Origin: Vicinamibacteria bacterium
GTDB lineage: Bacteria > Acidobacteriota > Vicinamibacteria > Marinacidobacterales > Marinacidobacteraceae
Length of the DNA stretch: 64,000 bases
Direction of reading: 5' to 3'
Assembly: GCA_965199715.1 (NCBI GenBank)
Contig: CBDATA010000001.1
Span: 64,001-128,000, forward strand
The translations under genes were made by a program, and so were the position numbers. Below the pieces are notes generated by a model. That model had not been told where the DNA came from, searched no databases, and saw only the letters and a list, made by a program, of their open reading frames with translations. Every line of letters starts with the position of its first letter. The first letter of the stretch is position 1. Below, piece after piece: positions 28,634 through 37,485 of this stretch.

Positions 28634-29568
28634 AGCACCTCCTCGGAATCCGCGGGCTCTCGGCCGAGGAGGCGCTTTCGATCCTTGACGAGGCCCCGCG
28701 CTACCGGGACGTGGCCGACCAGCCCGTGCCCCGCGTGCCCGCGCTCCAGGGGCGGACCGTCACCCACCTCTTCATCGAGCCCTCGACCCGCACGTTGGCC
28801 TCGTTCCAACTGGCGGCGCGGCGGCTCTCGGCGGAGCCGGTCGCCTTCACGCCCCGCGTCTCCTCGCTCGCCAAGGGCGAGAGCTTCCTCGACACGGCCC
28901 GTACGCTCGCCGCCATGGCGCCGGACATCCTCGTCGTCCGCAGCCCCGAGGCCGGGGCTCCCGAGGTCCTGGTCCGCGAGATCCCGACGGCGCAGGTCGT
29001 GAACGCGGGCGACGGGATCAACGAACACCCGACCCAGGCGCTGCTGGACGCCTTCACGATCCGCGAGCGCCGGGGCGGCCTCGCCGGACTCCGGGTGGCG
29101 ATCGTCGGAGATCTCCGCCACAGCCGGGTCTTCCGCTCGAACGCCCGGCTGCTGACGCTGCTGGGGGCCGAGGTGCGGGCGTGCGGGCCGCCGACGCTGG
29201 CGCCTCCGGGCCTCGAGGAGCTGGGAGTGATCCACTGTCCGAAGATGAACGACGCACTCCGGGGCGCGGATGCGGTGATGGCGCTTCGGCTCCAGCACGA
29301 GCGAATGCATGCCGCCTTCCTGCCGTCGCTTCGGGAGTACTACGACGAGTTCGCCATCACCGAGGAGCGCCTCCGCCACACGAACGATGCGATCGTCCTC
29401 CATCCGGGGCCGATGAACCGGGGCGTGGAGATCGAGTCGAGCGTGGCCGACGGCCCGAGGTCGGTGATCCTTGACCAAGTGCGCAACGGCGTGGCCATTC
29501 GCATGGCCGTGCTCGCCGCGCTGGCCCGCTCGCAGCCGCGCGGCGGCTGGAGGCGCTCCCGTGGCTGA
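28630..29568 (+). CDS. pyrB: Aspartate carbamoyltransferase catalytic subunit
   Basis: EPSTRT, KGESF.DT, NAGDG..EHPTQALLD, RLQHER, HPGPMNRGVEI. Confidence 0.96.
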   Translation: MKHLLGIRGLSAEEALSILDEAPRYRDVADQPVPRVPALQGRTVTHLFIEPSTRTLASFQLAARRLSAEPVAFTPRVSSLAKGESFLDTARTLAAMAPDILVVRSPEAGAPEVLVREIPTAQVVNAGDGINEHPTQALLDAFTIRERRGGLAGLRVAIVGDLRHSRVFRSNARLLTLLGAEVRACGPPTLAPPGLEELGVIHCPKMNDALRGADAVMALRLQHERMHAAFLPSLREYYDEFAITEERLRHTNDAIVLHPGPMNRGVEIESSVADGPRSVILDQVRNGVAIRMAVLAALARSQPRGGWRRSRG

Positions 29569-30856
29569 GGGCGCGGTCCTGATCCGGGGAGCGCGGATCG
29601 TGGACCCGGTGGCGAAGCGGGACGGAACACTTGATCTGCGACTCGTCGGAGGCAGGGTGGAGAGCGTCGGCGAACGGTTGGACGCCGACGGCGCGAAGGT
29701 GGTCGAGGCCGACGGGCTGGTCGCGGTTCCGGGACTCCTCGACATGCACGTCCACTTCCGGGAGCCCGGATTCGAGTTCAAGGAGACGGTCGCTTCGGGA
29801 GCGGCAGCGGCGGTCGCCGGCGGGTTCACGGCGGTCGCCTGCATGGCGAACACGGATCCGGTGAACGACAACCCGTCGGTGACCGCGCACATGCTCGAGC
29901 TCGCCGCCGCCGTCGGCCTCGCCCGGGTGCACCCGATCGCGGCCACGACCCAGGGCATGCGCGGCGAGCGGCTCACCGAGTTCGGGCGGCTGAAGAGGGC
30001 CGGGGCGGTCGCGGTCTCGGACGACGGACTCCCCATCGGAAACGCCGCGGTGATGCGCCGGGCGCTCGAGTACTCGCGCCTTTTCGACCTGCCGGTCATC
30101 GAGCACTGCGAGACGCTCGAGCTCACCGGCGACGGCGCGATGCGCGAGGGGGCGCTCTCCACGGCGCTCGGGATTCCGGGGATTCCCGGCGCTTCCGAGA
30201 GCATCGCGGTCGAGCGGAACACAGCGCTCGCGGGGTTGACCGGCGGGCGGCTCCACATCGCCCACCTCTCCACGGCAGCGTCGGTCGCCGCGGTGATTCG
30301 GGCCAGGAAGGCCGGCGTTCCGGTCACCTGCGAGGTCACGCCGCACCATCTGGTCCTGACCGAGGATGCGGTCGATTCCGAGGCCGGAGCCAACACCAAC
30401 GCCAAGATGAAGCCGCCGCTCGCGTCCGAAGCCGACCGGGCGGCGCTGACGGCGGCGCTCCAGGACGGTTTCGTGGACGCCATCGCGACCGACCACGCGC
30501 CGCACCACGAGGACGAGAAGCGCCTCTGCTTCGAGAGCGCGCCCTTCGGAATTGTTGGGCTGGAGACCGCGGTGCCGCTCGTGCTCGACCGGCTCGTGGC
30601 CCCCGGAGTCCTTTCGCTCGGCGGCGCGGTGCGGCTGCTTTCGGCGGGGCCGAACCGGATCCTCGGGTTGCCGGGCGGAACGCTCGCGCCGGGAAGCCCG
30701 GCGGACGTCACGCTGCTGGACCTCGAGGCGACGACCACCATGCGGCCGGACGCGTTTCGCAGCCGCGGCCGCAACACGCCCTTCAAGGGGCTGGAGCTGA
30801 AGGGGCGGGTCGCCGCCACGTGGGTCGGCGGGCGTCTGGTTTACTCCGCTGCGTGA
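29561..30856 (+). CDS. pyrC: Dihydroorotase
   Basis: DMHVHFREPG, MANT.P, EVTPHHL, KMKPPL, ATDHAPH, GLET. Confidence 0.95.
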   Translation: MAEGAVLIRGARIVDPVAKRDGTLDLRLVGGRVESVGERLDADGAKVVEADGLVAVPGLLDMHVHFREPGFEFKETVASGAAAAVAGGFTAVACMANTDPVNDNPSVTAHMLELAAAVGLARVHPIAATTQGMRGERLTEFGRLKRAGAVAVSDDGLPIGNAAVMRRALEYSRLFDLPVIEHCETLELTGDGAMREGALSTALGIPGIPGASESIAVERNTALAGLTGGRLHIAHLSTAASVAAVIRARKAGVPVTCEVTPHHLVLTEDAVDSEAGANTNAKMKPPLASEADRAALTAALQDGFVDAIATDHAPHHEDEKRLCFESAPFGIVGLETAVPLVLDRLVAPGVLSLGGAVRLLSAGPNRILGLPGGTLAPGSPADVTLLDLEATTTMRPDAFRSRGRNTPFKGLELKGRVAATWVGGRLVYSAA

Positions 30857-32313
30857 TCCTTCGCCTTCTGACCGCCGCGGCGCTCGCCGCTCCGCTCGCC
30901 GCCGCGCAGCCCGGCGTCCACAGCGCCGAGAGCGGCGGCGAGGTGCTGCGGCTGATCCGGAGGGAGAAGCTGGATCTGATCCTTCCGGGCGCGATGCGCG
31001 ACAACGGCGTGGACATGTGGATCCATGCGACCCGCCACGGCGACCCCGATCCGCTCGCCCACTACTTCGGGAACACGTGGGGCTGGCTCGTGTTCACCGA
31101 TCGCGGCGAACGGATCGAGCGGGCCGCTTTCGGAAGCGCGGGAGCCGTGGAAGGCATCGACGTGCGGGGATCGGACGCCTTCGCCCGCGCCATCTCCAGC
31201 TACGACCGCGGGTATCGCATGGCGTTCGGCTACGGCGACGAGGCGTATGACGAGTTCGCGGAGTTCGTTGCCGAACGGGATCCCGAGGTGATCGCGGTGA
31301 ACACGTCGGAATGGCTTGCCGAGGCCGACGGGATCTCCCATTCGGCTTGGGTGAAGCTGATGCGCGTGCTCGGCCCGGAATACGCCGGGCGCGTGGTTTC
31401 CGCGGAGAACGTCATCACGGACTTCGCCGTGCGGCGCACCGTGCGGGAGGTTGCCGAGCAGATCAACAATCTTGAGGCCGCCCGGCAACTTCAGTTGGCG
31501 GCGCTCCGGCGGATCGAGCCGAACCGCACCACGATCCGGGAGATCGTGACGTGGGCGCGGGAAGAGGCTTTCAAGCGCCACCTCGCCGGATTCGGGACCT
31601 TCGGGCGGGGCGGCGTCCGGGTGTACTACAGCGCAGTCTCGGAGGATCCCCCCTACCCGCCTTCGGTCCGCTACTGGGCGTGGCACGGCGACTACGTCCT
31701 GCAGCGCGGGGACTTCTTCGCGTTCAACGTGGGCGTCCGCTACATGGGCTTCACGACCGACACCAAGACCCACGCCTACATCCTGCGCGAGGGCGAGACC
31801 GCGCCTCCCGAGAGCATCCAGAAGGTCTTCGACCTCGGCGTGGCCGGGCAGGAGATCATGCGCCCGCACATGCGCGTGGGCATGACGGCGAAGGAGTCCC
31901 TCGACGCGATGGTGGCCGCGATGGAGGACGCCGGCTACATCTACACGCCATTCGTGAATTCCGGGATTCAGGGGGCCGGCCGGACACCGGACGGAGAGGC
32001 GATGATCGACTACGCGATGATTCAGGAGGCGCTCGGAGATACGGACCGCGTGGGATTCGCCATCGACAATCATGCTCACGGCTCGATCGGCACGACCACG
32101 CTCGGACCGTCCATGGCGAACTTTCGGGCCGATCGGCACCACCTCGTCATCCAGGAGAACCACATCTTCGCCTTCGAGTACATGGTCCACCGGAACATCC
32201 CGGAACGGCCCGGCTTGCCGCTCGCGATCAACATCTCGAATCCGCAGATCGTCACGGGCAAGGGCGTCGAGTGGCTCCAGCCGCCGAACGAACGGATCGT
32301 CCTGATCCACTGA
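30853..32313 (+). CDS. Secreted M24 (Xaa-Pro aminopeptidase-like) fold protein
   Basis: Signal peptide; ILPGAMRDNGVDMW, ERDP..IAVN, GDF...G.RY...TD, EY, C-terminal IVTGKGVEWL. Confidence 0.7.
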   Translation: MILRLLTAAALAAPLAAAQPGVHSAESGGEVLRLIRREKLDLILPGAMRDNGVDMWIHATRHGDPDPLAHYFGNTWGWLVFTDRGERIERAAFGSAGAVEGIDVRGSDAFARAISSYDRGYRMAFGYGDEAYDEFAEFVAERDPEVIAVNTSEWLAEADGISHSAWVKLMRVLGPEYAGRVVSAENVITDFAVRRTVREVAEQINNLEAARQLQLAALRRIEPNRTTIREIVTWAREEAFKRHLAGFGTFGRGGVRVYYSAVSEDPPYPPSVRYWAWHGDYVLQRGDFFAFNVGVRYMGFTTDTKTHAYILREGETAPPESIQKVFDLGVAGQEIMRPHMRVGMTAKESLDAMVAAMEDAGYIYTPFVNSGIQGAGRTPDGEAMIDYAMIQEALGDTDRVGFAIDNHAHGSIGTTTLGPSMANFRADRHHLVIQENHIFAFEYMVHRNIPERPGLPLAINISNPQIVTGKGVEWLQPPNERIVLIH

Positions 32314-32317
32314 TCCA

Positions 32318-33172
32318 GTGAGGCCGCCCCGGGGATGGCGGCGCGTCGTGCTGCGGGTCTCCGGACGCTACGGCCCGGACGCGCTCCAGAGCGACCCGCT
32401 GCGCTTCCCGCGCCGGTTCGCCGACCCGGAGGACCGGGAGACGGCGGCGTTCCTCGCGGCCGCGCTCGCGTTCGGGAACGCCCGCGCGGTGGGCGCTTCG
32501 CTCGAGCGCGTGTTCGCGTGGACCGGCCCGCATCCGGCGCGGTTCGTTCGTGGGTTGCCAGCGGATCCCGACGCCCGGCCGGCCGGATTCCGGCATCGCT
32601 GGACCTCATCGCTGGACCTCCTGCGGCTCGGCGTCATCCTCGGGCGCATCCGCCGCGATCACGGGAGCCTCGGGGCGCTGTTCGCAACGGGCGTCCGCCG
32701 CTCTCGGAGGATGCCCGATCTCCGGGGCGCGATCGACGCCTTCCGGGACGCCGCGCTCGCACGGGAACCGGCGGAGCTCGGCGCTCCCGACTCCCGACTC
32801 GCCTACTTCTTCCCGAGCCCCCGGACCTCAGCCGCCAAGCGCCCGCTGATGTTCCTGCGCTGGATGGTCCGTCCCGACGACGGTCTGGACCTCGGCCTCT
32901 GGGATTGTCTTGAGCCCCGGCATCTCATGGTTCCGCTGGACACGCACATGTTCCGCATCGCCCGGAGGCTGCGTCTGACCGGACGGCGGACCCCGGGGTG
33001 GGAGGCTGCGGCGGACCTCACCCGGGCGCTCGCCCGCATCGACCCTGCCGATCCCGTCCGCTTCGACTTCCCGCTCAGCCGCCTCGGGATCGTCGAGGGC
33101 TGCCCCGCTCATGCCCGAAGCGCACCGTGCGAACTGTGCCGGCTGCTCCGGGCGGGAGTCACCGGACCGTGA
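32318..33172 (+). CDS. TIGR02757/DUF2400 family protein
   Basis: SDP..FPRRF, AALAFGN, SAAKR..MFLRWMVR, DLGLW, PLDTH, DPVRFDF. Confidence 0.88.
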   Translation: MRPPRGWRRVVLRVSGRYGPDALQSDPLRFPRRFADPEDRETAAFLAAALAFGNARAVGASLERVFAWTGPHPARFVRGLPADPDARPAGFRHRWTSSLDLLRLGVILGRIRRDHGSLGALFATGVRRSRRMPDLRGAIDAFRDAALAREPAELGAPDSRLAYFFPSPRTSAAKRPLMFLRWMVRPDDGLDLGLWDCLEPRHLMVPLDTHMFRIARRLRLTGRRTPGWEAAADLTRALARIDPADPVRFDFPLSRLGIVEGCPAHARSAPCELCRLLRAGVTGP

Positions 33173-34694
33173 CCCGGGAGCGTTCGGTGAGCGTGCCCTG
33201 GGCGCGTTCGGCGGCGACGATGGCCTTCATGTAGTCGATCGTGGCCTGCAGCTCGTTGGCCCGAGCCTGCGCGAGGTCGCGCTGCGACTGGACGATGAAG
33301 TAGCTCGTCGTCATGCCCACCTCGAACTTCTTCTCCTCGGCGTCGAGGCGCTGCTCCTCCAGTTCCCGCGCTACCCGGCTGGCGTCGATCCGCCGGCGAT
33401 TGGTCTCCACCTGCCGGACGGCGGCGCGCACTTCCTGCGCCACGGCGATCTCCTGCACCCGGATCACGTCGCGCTGGCGGTTGAGGTCGATCTGCGCCTG
33501 CGCGTGGTTGATCGCGGCCTGGTCGTTTCCGAGCGGGAGGTTGAACGAGAGCCCGAGCTGCCAGTCGCGGTAGTCGAACCCGCCGAGCGCGCCGAGCGCG
33601 TCGCCATACCCGCCGGGGATCGTCTCGACGGTCCGCCCGAAGAAGCCCTCGCGCACCAGCTCGGTTCCGCCGACTCCGGTGAGCTGGTACGAGCCCACCA
33701 AGTCCACTTGCGGCAGCGTCTGGTTGCGGAAGAAGCGCACGTCGTACTCGTTCGAGTTCAACTGAAACTCCTGCGAGCGCAGCTCCGGCCGGCGGTCGAG
33801 CGCAACCCGGAGCGCGTCTTCCAGCTCGATCCGGTAGTCCTCGATGGCGGGAGCGTCGGTCGGCTGGATCTCGCCGTCCCAGAAGTCCGAAGCGCCGGGA
33901 TCCCGGATGAGCGCCTTCAGCGCGTCCTCGGTCGCGCGGATCTGCTCCTCGGCGAGGATCACCGCCTCCTCTCGGGTCGCGACCTCCGCCTCGGCCTGCA
34001 GCACGTCGATCGGCGCCATGGTCCCGACCTCGACCTGGACCTGGTTGTTCCGCAGGAGATCCCGGGCGAGCTCGACCGACTGGATCGCCACCTCGTGGTT
34101 CCGGATCGCGAAGACCAGGTCCCAGTAGGCGTTGTGGACGTCGCGCAGCACGTCGAGGACGCTCTGCTCGAAGTCCATCGCGCCCTGCCGCTCGCTGTTG
34201 CGGGTGATGGCGATCTGGCGGCGCTCGGGGCTCGACCCGAATCCTCGCAGCAGCGGCTGGGTGATCTGCGCGTTCAGCAGCGAGCGATACCTCGGGTTGA
34301 ACGTGGAGAAGGCGCTGTTCGTCGCGAACCGGTTGTTGAAGAACCCGATCGAGTAGCTCGCCCCGAACGGCAGGAGCTGCCCGAAGTTCAGGTTGTAGTT
34401 CATGTTGTCGCTCTCGTTCTGCATCGCCCCGTCGAGCTGGGTCGTGGAGGGGTTCACGCTGTTCTGGAGGTTGTAGTCGAGCCCCAGGTTCGGCAGGTAC
34501 GCGCTGCGGGCCGCCGAGTGGCCAAGGCCGAGCGACTGCTGCGACAGGCGCGAGATGCGCACGTTCAGGTTGTTCTCGAGCGCCTGGGCGATGGCGTCGT
34601 CGAGGCTCAGCCGGATCGGGGGCGGCTGCGCCGGCGCGGCGAGAGCGGGCGCGGCGAGCGCGGCGAGAAGCAGGATTCGGGTCAGGGTGCGCAT
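33159..34694 (-). CDS. TolC family outer membrane protein
   Basis: ATG 34694 with signal peptide; LSLDDAIAQALENN, TQPLLRGFG, AYWDL, EVG.MAPIDVLQAE, repeated half EVGMTT. Confidence 0.9.
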   Translation of the reverse strand: MRTLTRILLLAALAAPALAAPAQPPPIRLSLDDAIAQALENNLNVRISRLSQQSLGLGHSAARSAYLPNLGLDYNLQNSVNPSTTQLDGAMQNESDNMNYNLNFGQLLPFGASYSIGFFNNRFATNSAFSTFNPRYRSLLNAQITQPLLRGFGSSPERRQIAITRNSERQGAMDFEQSVLDVLRDVHNAYWDLVFAIRNHEVAIQSVELARDLLRNNQVQVEVGTMAPIDVLQAEAEVATREEAVILAEEQIRATEDALKALIRDPGASDFWDGEIQPTDAPAIEDYRIELEDALRVALDRRPELRSQEFQLNSNEYDVRFFRNQTLPQVDLVGSYQLTGVGGTELVREGFFGRTVETIPGGYGDALGALGGFDYRDWQLGLSFNLPLGNDQAAINHAQAQIDLNRQRDVIRVQEIAVAQEVRAAVRQVETNRRRIDASRVARELEEQRLDAEEKKFEVGMTTSYFIVQSQRDLAQARANELQATIDYMKAIVAAERAQGTLTERSRVTVR

Positions 34695-34778
34695 CGGGTT
34701 AGTTTCTCCACTGAGAGCAAACGGAAACGCTCGCTCGCGCGTTCCCTGCATGCAAGACGTTCTGCCGAGGAGGATTTC

Positions 34779-35552
34779 ACGGCCAACCAGCAACGAACCG
34801 GGCGCTTCCGGCTCACCCTCGCCTACGACGGGGCCGACTTCTCCGGTTGGCAGGCCCAACCCGGCAGGGTCACCGTCCAGTCGATCGTCGAGCGAGCGCT
34901 CGGCGACCTCTACCGGAGCCGGGAGCGCATCCGGGTGACCGCGGCGGGACGCACCGACGCCGGCGTGCACGCGGAGGGCCAGGTCGCCCACTTCGACGCT
35001 CCGTTCGGGATCCCGCCCGCCGGAGTGGTGGCCGGAATGAACGACCGGCTGCCGGAAGCCGTGCGGGTCCTCGCGGCCGCCTCGGCGCCGCCCGGCTTCC
35101 ACGCCCGCTTCGACGCGGTGGCCAAGACGTACCGCTACGACCTCCTGACCGGGGTCCCGGCCTCCCCGTTGCGGGCGCGCTACGCATGGGCGCTCCGGGA
35201 CCCGCTGGACGCCGGCGCCATGGCGGAGGCAGCCGGGGCCTTCGCCGGGGCGCACGACTTCCGGGCGTTCTTCGTCGCGCCGCCCGGCGAGGCCCCGAGC
35301 AGCCCGGTGCGCACGGTGCTTCAGGCGCGGCTCGACGCCTGCGGGGACCGCCTCCATTTCCGCGTGACCGCCGACGGCTTCCTGCGCTACATGGTGCGGC
35401 GCATGGTCGGAACGCTCGTCGCGGTCGGACGGGGACGGGTTCCGGCTTCGCGGGTCCGGGCGCTGCTCATGGACCCGGACGCGCCGGGACCGCGGTTCCG
35501 GGCGCCGGCGCGCGGCCTCCGCCTCGTCTCGGTCGCCTACCCGGAAAGGTAA
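34779..35552 (+). CDS. truA: tRNA pseudouridine(38-40) synthase; probable ACG start
   Basis: RLTLAYDGADFSGWQ.Q, AGRTDAGVHA.GQV, FHARF, G.HDF, GFLRYMVR, APARGL; SD GAGGAGG 34767-34773 then in-frame ACG. Confidence 0.9.
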   Translation, partial: TANQQRTGRFRLTLAYDGADFSGWQAQPGRVTVQSIVERALGDLYRSRERIRVTAAGRTDAGVHAEGQVAHFDAPFGIPPAGVVAGMNDRLPEAVRVLAAASAPPGFHARFDAVAKTYRYDLLTGVPASPLRARYAWALRDPLDAGAMAEAAGAFAGAHDFRAFFVAPPGEAPSSPVRTVLQARLDACGDRLHFRVTADGFLRYMVRRMVGTLVAVGRGRVPASRVRALLMDPDAPGPRFRAPARGLRLVSVAYPER

Positions 35553-35564
35553 ATTTCCCCGTTC

Positions 35565-36332
35565 GTGACCGGCGCCGTGGTAGTCGAGCCTTCCGCCTCG
35601 GCGGAGACCGCGGAGTTGCTGGCCCAGATCGACCGCACCCGGCTCCCGGTGCACGTCGCCGCGATCATGGACGGCAACGGCCGCTGGGCCGCCGGGCGCG
35701 GGCTGGAGCGCAGCGTCGGCCACAGCGAGGGCGTCGAGGCGGTCCGGGACACGGTGGAGGCCGCGTCGGCGCTCGGATTGCGGGCGCTCACGCTGTTCGC
35801 GTTCTCGATGGAGAACTGGTCCCGCCCGCCGGACGAGGTCGCGATCCTGATGGGCCTCCTCAAGAAGTACCTGCGCACGGAGCTGGACCGGATGGTCGCC
35901 AACGACATCCGCTTCCGCCCGGTCGGGAGGCTCGACGGGCTTCCGCCCGACGTGCGGGAGATGGTCGATATCGCGGTCGGGGCGACCGCCGCCTGCCGCG
36001 GGCTCGACTTCCAGATCGCGGTGAACTACGGCGGGCGCGCCGAGATCGTGGACGCCGCCCGCGCCTTCGCCGCCCGCGCGGTGGAGCTCGGCCGGGTTCC
36101 CGAACTGGACGAGCCCGAGTTCGCGAGCCTCCTGTACGGCGCGGACGTGCCCGATCCGGACCTCCTCATCCGGACCAGCGGCGAGATGCGGGTCTCCAAC
36201 TTCCTGCTGTACCAGATCGCCTACACCGAGTTGTGGGTCACCCCGACGCTCTGGCCCGACTTCCGCCGCCGGCACCTCTACGAGGCCATCCTCGACTTCC
36301 AGGGGCGGACCCGGCGCTACGGCGGGCTCTGA
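35565..36332 (+). CDS. uppS: Undecaprenyl diphosphate synthase
   Basis: IMDGNGRWA, AFSMENWSRP, NYGGRAEI, PDLLIRTSGEMRVSNFLL. Confidence 0.96.
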   Translation: MTGAVVVEPSASAETAELLAQIDRTRLPVHVAAIMDGNGRWAAGRGLERSVGHSEGVEAVRDTVEAASALGLRALTLFAFSMENWSRPPDEVAILMGLLKKYLRTELDRMVANDIRFRPVGRLDGLPPDVREMVDIAVGATAACRGLDFQIAVNYGGRAEIVDAARAFAARAVELGRVPELDEPEFASLLYGADVPDPDLLIRTSGEMRVSNFLLYQIAYTELWVTPTLWPDFRRRHLYEAILDFQGRTRRYGGL

Positions 36333-36336
36333 CCCG

Positions 36337-37482
36337 ATGCGCCGCGTCGTCGCCGGGGTCGCCCTCGCCGGGCTCACGCTGTGGATCTGCCTCGGCGCCT
36401 CCGCGCCGCTGCGGACCGCCGCGCTGGCGCTGGCCGTGTTGCTCTGCCTCGCCGAGGCGCTCCAGCTCGCGCTCGAAAGGACGGCCGGATCGCCGCCAGG
36501 GGATCGGTCGGCGCGCGCAATCGGCTTCGCGCTGTTCGCGCTCGCGGCGCTCGCGGGAGCGCCTTCGGGACTGCCCGGCGAGTGGGTCGCGACCGCGCCG
36601 TTCCTGATCGCGGCGACGGTCGGCGCCCTCGCGCTGTTCGGCGCCGGCGCGCGCGGCGGGGCGCTTCTGATCGCGGCGCTGTGGATCGGGCTCCCCGCTG
36701 TCGCCATCCTCGACCTCGCCTCGGGACGCGAGGGCGGCGAGACGCTGCTGTTCCTGATCCTCGTGGTCGTGGCGGGCGAAGTCGGCGCGTTTTGCGGCGG
36801 GCGGCTCGTCGGCGGCCTCCGGCTGGCTCCGGTCCTGAGCCCGGGCAAGACGTGGGCGGGGCTGTGGTTCCAGCTCGCCGTCAGCGCGGCGGCCGCCCCC
36901 GCCGTCGGGTTCCTGCTGCCGGGCGCTCCCGGACCGGGCGGACTCGCGGGGATCGGGCTCCTTCTCGGCGGGGCCGCGGCGCTCGGGGATCTCTACGAGT
37001 CAAGCTGGAAGCGGGGCGCCGGCCAGAAGGACAGCGGGCGGCTGATCCCGGGCCACGGCGGCGCGCTCGACCGCGCCGACGGCCTGCTGTTCGCGGCGCT
37101 CGCGCTGCAAGCGGCGCTCCCGTTCCTGCCGGTCACGCCGTGGGATCGGGCCGAGGATCTGCTGCGGGCGAACGAGCCCGAGGCGGCGCTCGAGATCCTC
37201 CGGCCGCTGGAGGCGGACCACCCGGACCGGTTCGAAGTGATCGTCGGTCTCGGGCGGGCGTACTTCCAGCTCGGCGACTGGTGGGAGGCGTCGCGCTACC
37301 TCGCCGAGGCCGCCGGACTCCGCCCGCCGGACGCGCCGCTGCTGAAACGGCTCGGACGGTCCTTCCAGGAACAGGGAGACCGGGGCGGCGCGATCCAGGC
37401 GTTCGAGCGCTCGCTGGCCCTCGACCCCGACCAGCCCGACGTCCGGGCGCGGCTCGAGGCCGTGCGCCCCGACCGGCGCTGA
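36337..37482 (+). CDS. cdsA: Phosphatidate cytidylyltransferase fused to C-terminal TPR domain
   Basis: SPGKTWAG, GDLYES.WKR...KDSG.LIPGHGG.LDR.D; then ~115 aa TPR-like helices (LGRAYFQLG, FERSLALDP). Confidence 0.85.
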   Translation: MRRVVAGVALAGLTLWICLGASAPLRTAALALAVLLCLAEALQLALERTAGSPPGDRSARAIGFALFALAALAGAPSGLPGEWVATAPFLIAATVGALALFGAGARGGALLIAALWIGLPAVAILDLASGREGGETLLFLILVVVAGEVGAFCGGRLVGGLRLAPVLSPGKTWAGLWFQLAVSAAAAPAVGFLLPGAPGPGGLAGIGLLLGGAAALGDLYESSWKRGAGQKDSGRLIPGHGGALDRADGLLFAALALQAALPFLPVTPWDRAEDLLRANEPEAALEILRPLEADHPDRFEVIVGLGRAYFQLGDWWEASRYLAEAAGLRPPDAPLLKRLGRSFQEQGDRGGAIQAFERSLALDPDQPDVRARLEAVRPDRR

Positions 37483-37485
37483 GCC

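Noticed and set aside
33090-33145. C-terminal Cys cluster in the TIGR02757 protein as an EndoIII-like Fe-S site
   Set aside because: Only three Cys with non-canonical spacing; insufficient support.
33111-36848. Very long ORFs (33159..36848 -, 1229 aa; 33111..35552 +, 813 aa) suggesting giant fusion proteins
   Set aside because: High-GC open-frame extensions antisense to real genes; only the TolC and TruA portions have family motifs.
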